In this document: positions 60,901 to 64,000 of the stretch, piece after piece
Layout of the letters: every line of letters starts with the position of its first letter
Position numbering within the stretch: the first letter of the stretch is position 1
Source of the DNA: Podarcis vaucheri
Taxonomy: Eukaryota
Length of the DNA: 64,000 nucleotides
NCBI GenBank assembly: GCA_965113315.1
Contig: OZ220368.1
Direction: 5' to 3' (one strand)
Notes under the pieces: generated by a model
The model's input: only the letters and a program-made list of their open reading frames with translations
What the model was told of the DNA's origin: nothing
The model's database searches: none
Position numbers and translations under genes: made by a program

Positions 60901-63900
60901 AGCGCAGGAATTCTCTCTTGACCTCTTGTGGCAATGATATCCTGGCAATATAGCATGCCATCAAAAGACCTGTTTGATTAAAAAAAGAAAAAGAACAATT
61001 TATAATATTTGACTATCTCAGCTTTGCCACTAAATCACCTGTTTGGATATGAAAAATTATATTGTGCTTTTGTATCACTATTGGGTTTTCTTATCACCTT
61101 GAAACAGAAGAAAAAGGTCAAGGATAACAATATTTCATCATCCAGCAAGTTTAGGCAAAAGATCATCGCTTCTGTCACTTTACTTGAAGGTGCATAATTT
61201 GTACCTGCAATTTTCAATGTGAGATGCTGCTAACAGAGATTGCCTGGAGGTATATGCACTTCCCCTGTGTGGTGAACCACTGAACTGCAGGTGCCAGGCT
61301 TCTCTGTGAAGCACCTTCAAACTGTTGGTCCATCTGGGGATTCAGAGAGGTCTTACCCAGTCCTATCAGGAGATGCCACAGGACAAACCTGACCCTGAAT
61401 TCAGCTCCTCTCACTTCCTCATTTCAAAGCTCAGTTCACCTTTTCACATCAGTTTGTGATTTTTAAGAAAACGCCTCATGAAAATTCACCATCCTAATAT
61501 ACACATTTTTGCAAAGCAATTTTCCTGATACTATGCATTTTTGATGTTATTTTCATGAATAAATGCATTTATATGCACTCCTTAGTCTAGAATATGCAGC
61601 TGGACACATTACCTGGCATGAGAACTACGGTACAAAATTCAGCGAAGAGTGAATTTCAAAACATGCCTGTGTTTCAAGTCTTGAGTTGTTTCCAGTCGTG
61701 CTAATAAGGCCTCTCTCTCATCTCAATCTTCATGCCAATCACATTTATATATTTATATATTTGTTTATTTGTTTGTTTACCAATTCGATGTAGTAAAACT
61801 TCTAAGTGGTTTACAAGAAATATTAAAATTATCCATAAAAACAATAGATAATTCAGATTGAGAGTAAAAATTAAAAAAACACATCCCCTATGTGATGCCA
61901 ACAATGGACAATATCCTGCCCAATGAATTCAATGGATTATCCCCCTGTTCAGAATGTACTGAAAATATATTCTGCTTTGTGAGTAAGGCTTAGTTTTCCT
62001 AAACAGGGGTGAATTGTTTTGTTTAAAGGATAAAACATTAACTAGTGGCAATTCTGAGACTCAAGAATATTCCAAAAATGTGACCTAAGGCAGTCTGAAC
62101 TGGCTTGTATAAGATAAACATCTCTGCTTACCCAAGAAGAGGAAAACCTATTTAGCTGTAAGGTCACAGGTAAGATCTCTTTTTTCCTTTCATAGCTAAA
62201 GACTCACAGGTCTATTCTTCTAGATTATTCTGCCTTCATTGGAAAGAGTGACAGCTTTTGCTTTGTTGCAGAAAATCCCAAGTTCGTTCCTGGGCATCTC
62301 CACATAGAGCTGTGGAAACCACAGAGGGTTGCTACCAGTTGAATGGACCAGTGAGATAAGGTAGTTATTTTGATGAACAGCTTGCTACAGTCAAAACTAG
62401 TTTTAAGCAGTTTCAGGGGTTTCTCCAAATGTCCAACTATTTGTGCCTAGTCTATCCGGTAAAAAAAAAGATAAATAGCTTTATAGAAAATATACAAGGA
62501 GTTCCTTCTTAGCCAGTTAATATATAAGTAGTAAATCTGCTGATGTTCCTGTACCTGGCACAAGGGAGAAGACACCAGAGCACTCCATGGCCCAGTAGCC
62601 ATCTTCTGCTTGCAGGCCAGAGAAGAATTTCATTGCTTTCTGGAGTGCTTCCTGAACCATGTTGGCTTTGGGCAAGTCTGGAAAGAACTTGCTCTGTAAA
62701 ACAAAATAGGGAAAATAAGAGAAATGTACAAACACTAAAAACACTATCTACAACACAAGGTATGGAAATGTAACATTTGTCTTGTTACATTTAATGCAGC
62801 TGATCGGTCATTTAAAAATAAATATAACAGGGAAGGGTAGTCAGGATTGGGACCATGGTAGATGGGGAGGTGTCATTTAACACTTCTTCTCCCAGAAGTA
62901 GTCGCAATGAAACGCTGCCCCTTACCAGCTGCTACTTATATTTGCCTGGAGATACCAGCAGGCTGGGAAAGAAGCAACGTCCTCTTCTCCAGCCACCACA
63001 ATGCTCATCCTGATTGCGCTTGTTGTTTTGGTTTAAAATAATAGTCATGCTAAATACAATAGGTTGTTTGATGTAATGGATGGTTTTGCTGTGAGAGACC
63101 ATTCCAAAATAATGTTTTACAACCATACCATGATTCCTCGATTGAAATCTACAGCTGCAAACATCTCACAATGGTTCACATCAATGGGAGATCACAGCAG
63201 TTCAGAAATCCAGCAATCAGTCAGAGGCCTTTCTCTATATTTTCACACACATCAAAATGCCTCATGCAAGTGTATCATCTGTGCATCGTGGAAATGACTA
63301 TCAGGCACAGTATATTGAAGACTGATCATCGAGGGCAAGACAGTGGCTTTTTCTAGGAGAACATGACTAAACTCTCAGATCAGAAAACCATAGGATAGGA
63401 GGGACCAGAAGCCCATGAAGCCCAGCTCCCTTTCCAAAGGTAAGAATTGCAGGCTTAGGTACTTCAGTATTTCCAGTAGATTGGCCTGTTCACCTTGCAC
63501 GCTTGTCTTTGTTTCTACAGTGGTACCTTGGGTTACATTTCTAGTGATCAAAAGGACGTGGTTTTGTGCCATAGAACACATGGGCATCTCTTGCCAGCGG
63601 ATTGATCTCTGCTGCCATTCAGGCAAAATGGAGTGGTGGGGAGGGTGAGGGAGCAGAAGAGGAACATTCAACTGGTCTTCTGCTTGCTGGAGACCAAGTA
63701 CACACTGGCAATGGAAGTTGGTGTGTCAGGTTGAATGGGGCAGTGCTCCACCAACATCAGACAGCACCCACCTGCCTGCCTTCTTACAAATATCCAGTGC
63801 AGGGGGTGGCCTTGGTTGTGCCAGCTTCCTCTTGTTAGTCTCTTGTAAAACTCAGCAGGGAAAGAGGATGAAGGCAAAACTAGAATTAGTTGGCTCTGCC

Positions 63901-64000
63901 TGTCATTTGCTCTGGTGCCGCGCGCTGCTGGGCTCCCTCCCTTCCACCCTATCAGTCCCAACAGGTGCCAGCCACTACTGGAACACACAGACTTACCTGC

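Larger units (their letters stand above)
59265..62693 (-). pseudogene. Tandem oxidosqualene cyclase-like copy B (exons 3-5 visible), disrupted
   Basis: Exon 3 62555-62693 ([33 protein letters not shown]); exon 4 60294-60969 split by a 555-bp Bov-B insertion; exon 5 59265-59386 ([22 protein letters not shown]). Introns align with copy A from about 59005 to 63450. No exons 6-22 found before copy A's promoter. Exons 1-2 would lie beyond the right edge. Confidence 0.88.

Noticed and set aside
63990-64000. Donor-like site at the window edge as exon 2 of copy B
   Set aside because: It reads GCAG|gtaagt rather than the GACATT|gtaagt end of exon 2, and there is too little sequence to call.

Overview
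This is vertebrate DNA, most likely from a lacertid lizard (Sauria SINEs, Bov-B, and L2, hAT and mariner-like repeats), so most entries in the ORF track are spurious and the genes are spliced. I assembled exons by hand from splice signals and reading-frame phase. (1) CIMAP2/LEXM on the minus strand: 9 exons, running off the left edge. (2) TTC22 on the plus strand, head-to-head with it: 7 coding exons, 565 aa. (3) Convergent with TTC22, an intact 22-exon, 748-aa oxidosqualene cyclase (lanosterol synthase-like) gene at 29656-54510. It keeps the LSS exon structure and the DCTAE protonation motif, but many product-determining cavity residues are rebuilt (Y98C, W192L, Y237T, a one-residue deletion in the G380-T381-N382 loop, C449N, N697Y; human numbering from memory). 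It also sits at the TTC22/LEXM(/DHCR24) locus rather than the canonical LSS locus. (4) A tandem second copy, killed by a Bov-B insertion in exon 4 and missing exons 6-22. The best candidate for an undescribed system is a neofunctionalised, tandemly duplicating vertebrate triterpene cyclase family that may make non-lanosterol products. Caveat: a 160-N assembly gap lies in intron 5 of the intact copy.
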